A stretch of DNA of 12,771 nucleotides from NCBI GenBank assembly GCA_048772705.1, contig JBLWGC010000116.1, positions 1 to 12,771 on the forward strand, written 5' to 3'. This stretch comes from Leidyana gryllorum EB-2025a (lineage: Eukaryota; Protista; Apicomplexa). This document shows positions 8,650-12,771 of the stretch, piece after piece (positions within the stretch are counted from its first letter, which is position 1; every line of letters starts with the position of its first letter). Position numbers and translations under genes: made by a program. The notes below the pieces were generated by a model. The model saw nothing but the letters and a program-made list of their open reading frames with translations, ran no database searches and had not been told where the DNA came from.

Positions 8650-9769
8650 TAGTTTGCCTATAACCTTTGGTTCGGCGTTTCGGTCGGCTTCGATGGCTGT
8701 TGTGGGTGCTGTTTGCTTTTGGATTATGTGGTTTATGTGTGTTTATCGCTGCATTGTACTGTGTTTGCGTGTTTGCGAATGTTTAGCTTTCAATTCTCTA
8801 CACGTTGCGGTTGCTGTAGCGTGCGCAAGTAAGGTCTGATGTGGTGTGTATTGTGCTAATAAAAGACTGTGACGATATAGTTGTGTTGCTTAGTATGTTG
8901 ACAGGTATCGTGCTTGTTATGTATTGATTTGTGAGACTATATGAGCTGGAGATGCATGATTGTATGAGTGTATGGCGTGTATTTTGGTAACTGTGCTGTG
9001 ATGTGTAGTATGCTCAGTTTGCTAAAGTGAATGTGGAGCAACTTGGAAGGTTATGTGTGAGTGATATTGGTTTAGATGGTTTGTCTGTTAGGCTGTGAGG
9101 GGTCTAGAGTGAGTTAGCGATTGGCTCGTTGATTGAGGGAGTATTTGTAGACGTATAAAAGCTTGTAATGCTAGATATAGGGGAATCAATGAGATTCAAG
9201 TTGAATTGAGAGTGTTGAGAAGAATGTCATGAGTCCAATGCGTACCGTGGGCATTATGTATTGGAGTGAATGGGAATTTGTAAGAATATGCGGATGGAGT
9301 CAAGTTATGCATAGGATTTGAGTGTTGATGCGGACGACATGAATTTGGCTAATGATAGGTAGGTTAATAGGAGTATATTGACAATTGTGATGTAGTTCGA
9401 GGTGTGGTAAGAGGGTGGTGGTCAGTTGTTTGCTATAAAACATTGAGAGAGTGTATATATGCTAAGAGTTATGAGTATTCGAATTGTTAGTGTACGAGCG
9501 GGATGTTAAGGCTGATATGTACGTTGAGTAATAGTGTGCGTGAAGAAGTATTGATGGGGTGTGGGGAGCGCCCTTGTCGCTTCGCTCGGGCGCTTCCCCG
9601 TACCCATTGTTTCTGTGAGATTTATTTATTGATGGAATAGTTAGCAACCTATCGTGAATGTGATAAGTAGAACGAACCAATTGCATCAATCTTGCGTGCA
9701 ATTGCTCTGGAACGATATGTACGAGTTCAAACGACTTGTAGAGAAGTGTCATTTAAGTACCTATCAAGT

Positions 9770-11115
9770 AGCAAAGAAGTGTGAAACAAGTGTCAAACAA
9801 CTCGGAAACCAGTGTCAAACAAGCCTGGAACATGTTGCAAACAAGTGTGAAACATGTCGCGAAGCAAGGGTCAAACAAGTTCGCAACAAGTTTTAAACAT
9901 GTTGCAAACAAGTGGCAAACATGTGTCAAAGATGTCGCAAACATATCGCAAACGAGTGTCAAACAGGTGTGAAACATGTGGCAACAAACAAGTGGCAAAC
10001 ATGTGTGTCACACGTGGCAAACAAGTAGCAAACAAGTGTCAAAGATGTGGCAAACATATCGCAAACAAGTGTCAAACGAGTGTCAAACAAGTGTGAAACA
10101 TGTGGCAAACATGTAGGAAACAAGTGGCAAGCGTGTGTGTAACACGTGGCAAACAAGTAGCAAAACAAGTGCCAAAGATGTCGCAAACAAGTGTCAAACG
10201 AGTGTCAAACGAGTGTGAAACATGTGGCAAACATGTAGGAAACAAGTGGCAAACGTGTGTGTAACACGTGGCAAACAAGTAGCAAAACAAGTGCCAAAGA
10301 TGTCGCAAACAAGTGTCAAACGAGTGTCAAACAAGTGTGGAACATGTGGCAAAAAAGTGTTAAACATGTGGCGAACAAGTCTCAACGGAGTTTCAAACAA
10401 GTGTTAAACATGTGGCAAAGAACTGGCAAGCAAGTGTAAAGCATGTGGCAAACAAGTGCCAAAGATGTCGCAAACAAGTGTCAAACAAGTGTGGAACATG
10501 TGGCAAAAAAGTGTTAAACATGTGGCGAACAAGTTTCAACGGAGTTTCAAACAAGTGTTAAACATGTGGCAAAGAACTGGCAAGCAAGTGTAAAGCATGT
10601 GGCAAACAAGTTTCAAACAAGTATCAAACAAGTTGTGGCAAAAAAGTGTTAAACATGTGGCGAACAAGTCTCAACGGAGTTTCAAACAAGTGTTAAACAT
10701 GTGGCAAAGAACTGGCAAGCAAGTGTAAAGCATGCGGCAAACAAGTTTCAAACGAGTGTCAAACAAGTGTGGAACATGTGGGAAAAAAGTGTTAAACATG
10801 TGGTGAACAAGTCTCAACGGAGTTTCAAACAAGTGTTAAACATGTGGCGAAGAAGTGGCAAGCACGTGTCAAACGAGTATCAAACAAGTGTGAAATATGT
10901 GGCAGAAAAGTGTTTAACATGTGGCGAACAAGTCTCAACTGAGTGTCAAAGAAGTATGAAAGATGTGGCAAAGAAGTGGGAAGCAAGTGTAAAGCATGTG
11001 GCAAACAAGTTTCAAAGAAGTATCAAACAAGTAGCAAGCAAGTAGGAAACAAGTGTGAAACAGGTAGCAAACAAGTGTCAAACATGTCGCAAACAAGTCT
11101 CGAACATGTTGCAAA
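9770..11115. repeat. 11-bp-monomer satellite (CAAACAAGTGT-like), expanded version
   Basis: Same monomer as 6625-7425, inverted. About 550 bp longer, including ~122-bp units around 10070-10310. Boundaries approximate. Confidence 0.92.
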
Positions 11116-11200
11116 GGGGTACTGAAGGTGCTGCAAAGAGATGTGTAACACAAGTATCATCTGGTACAAGTTGCACACTGGTGACGAACTCTGCTTTTTT

Positions 11201-11371
11201 GAAAATTTGGTAAGGGGTTAAGGATGACGACATGAAAAATTCCGATGAATTAGTAACGGGTTAAGGATGACGACATGAAAAATTCCGATGAATTTGTAAC
11301 GAGATAAGGATGACGACATCAAAAAACACCGATAAACTTGTAACGAGATAAGGGTGACGACATCAAAAAAA
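11201..11371. repeat. Four tandem 43-44-bp repeats (inverted copy of 6371-6541)
   Basis: TAAGG(A/G)TGACGACAT core occurs four times. Confidence 0.92.
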
Positions 11372-12130
11372 TGTAATAAATTTCGCTTAGAGCCACCCAA
11401 TAAGACGAGAAAGACGGTAGGGGAGACTGAGAATGACTCAATGAGATGTTAGCTGGGGCGTCACTGGATGCTGGTTGGGGCAGGTAGCGAATGGGGGTCA
11501 GTTGGCTGGGATTAAAACTGCACAACGGGGAGGTGAGGCTCTGGTCGCAAAGTGGCGAAGCTCTTCCTCGGCTATGTGAGATGTGTGGGGATGAGGTGTG
11601 GGAACTTACTTGGTGTGGGAACGTGCCAGACCAGTCTGAGTGGCACGAGGTCACGTCTTGGGAACATCTGGGGGGGAAGAAAGCGAGCGCGAGCGAGAAG
11701 AGGGCTTTTTGGATCTGAGAACAAAAATAACAGTCCAAGTCCCACGTCTCGCACACCAAATCTTGGGAAAAGTGGCTCGTTTGGGCTGCTATCTGTTGCT
11801 TGCGAGCCGCACGAGAGCTAAATTAAGGAGTCTGACGACCCTTACATCTCGATGGGAGGCTAGTTTGCTGTAGCGAACGAGCCAATTGAAGTTTGGGAAG
11901 TCTCATTTTTGCAAAAATCAGGCCTTCTCGTGTCTCAGAGAGCTCGAGAGAGTCGCCTATCTCCTATTCTAGCGGTGAGATTTCGCCTAAAATCTGGCTG
12001 CTAACTAATCAGGCCACTACTATTCCTAAGGTAAGCGAGAGAGCTAGTCTAGAGCTCCTAATCAAATTCCTATTTCACTAAAAGTCGTTTCTGGTACCCC
12101 CTAAGAACCCCCAAAAAACCTACGGTAATG

Positions 12131-12160
12131 GTCGGGCTCACCCTTGCGGGTTTCGCCGAC
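12131..12160 (+). other. 30-nt imperfect terminal hairpin, flop form
   Basis: GTCGGGCTCACCCTTGCGGGTTTCGCCGAC, followed by the same TAGTTTGCC as copy B. Confidence 0.9.
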
Positions 12161-12771
12161 TAGTTTGCCTGTAACCTTTGGTTCGGCGTTTCGGTCGGCT
12201 TCGATGGCTGTTGTGACTGCTGTTTGTTTTTGGATTATGTGGTTTATGTGCTTGTTTATCGCTGCATTGTACTGTGTTTGCGTGTTTGCGAATGTTTAGC
12301 TTTCAATTCTCTACACGTTCCGGTTGCTGTAGCGTGCGCAAGTAAGGTCTGATGTGGTGTGTATTGTGCTAATAAAAGACTGTGACGATATAGTTGTGTT
12401 GCTTAGTATGTTGACAGGTATCGTGCTTGTTATGTATTGATTTGTGAGACTATATGAGCTGGAGATGCATGATTGTATGAGTGTATGGCGTGTATTTTGG
12501 TAACTGTGCTGTGATGTGTAGTATGCTCAGTTTGCTAAAGTGAATGTGGAGCAACTTGGAAGGTTATGTGTGAGTGATATTGGTTTAGATGGTTTGTCTG
12601 TTAGGCTGTGAGGGGTCTAGAGTGAGTCAGCGATTCGCTCGTTGATTGAGGGAGTATTTGTAGACGTATAAAAGCTTGTAATGCTAGATATAGGGGGATC
12701 AATGAGATTCGAGTTGAATTAAGAGAGTGTTGAGAAGAAATGTCATGAGTCCAATGCGTATCGTGAATTAT
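12131..12771 (+). repeat. Copy C of the unknown terminal repeat, running off the window
   Basis: 12161 onward matches 8650-~9260 directly, with a few substitutions and indels. Confidence 0.95.

Larger units (their letters stand above)
8620..11394 (+). repeat. Copy B of the unknown terminal repeat (right arm of palindrome)
   Basis: Inverted match to 6348-8549 and direct match to 12161-12771. May extend beyond 11394. Confidence 0.95.

Noticed and set aside
8630-8653. Helitron 3' end (hairpin followed by CTAG|T)
   Set aside because: Homology between copies lies downstream of CTAGT rather than upstream, and the hairpin inverts. Not canonical, although an HUH-type mechanism is not excluded.
8480-8720. 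Hammerhead ribozyme or Penelope-like inverted LTR
   Set aside because: GAAA motifs are present, but I found no CTGANGA core in a suitable position and no PLE-type RT.
7442-9752. 96-aa ORF present in both arms (7442-7732 and 9462-9752) and ORF 8612-8839
   Set aside because: No motif, composition follows the strand skew, and persistence is explained by recent duplication.
6589-11153. Many 60-115 aa ORFs rich in C/H/K/Q (KHVANKCQ...)
   Set aside because: Translations of the 11-bp satellite, appearing in all frames and on both strands.
6348-11394. Palindrome as an amplification or foldback artefact
   Set aside because: The arms differ by substitutions and satellite length, and some arm-specific variants are shared with copy C. 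Read-level confirmation is still desirable.

Overview
Eukaryotic, repeat-only window with no recognisable host gene. Bases 1-4782 hold a complete, very young Ty3/Gypsy chromovirus on the minus strand. It has identical 296-bp LTRs, a tRNA-iMet-type PBS, a PPT, gag and PR-RT-RH-IN-chromodomain pol. It sits inside the pol gene of a related but distinct Gypsy element whose 5' half occupies 4783-6347. In both elements gag starts inside the 5' LTR and ends on a G-GAT-TTT -1 slippery site followed by a hairpin. The inner gag also carries an in-frame TAG just before its zinc knuckle. Bases 6348-12771 hold three copies of an unidentified non-coding terminal repeat: A (6348-8549, minus), B (8620-11394) and C (12131-end). 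A and B form a ~5-kb head-to-head palindrome containing 11-bp-based satellite and 43-44-bp repeats. The most striking signal is that B and C begin with the same 30-nt imperfect hairpin in exactly opposite (flip/flop) orientations, while A ends at the GTC where that hairpin would start. This suggests the termini of a large mobile DNA or endogenous virus that integrates through a hairpin/TIR junction at a GTC core. Its enzymes are not in the window, so the mechanism is inference.
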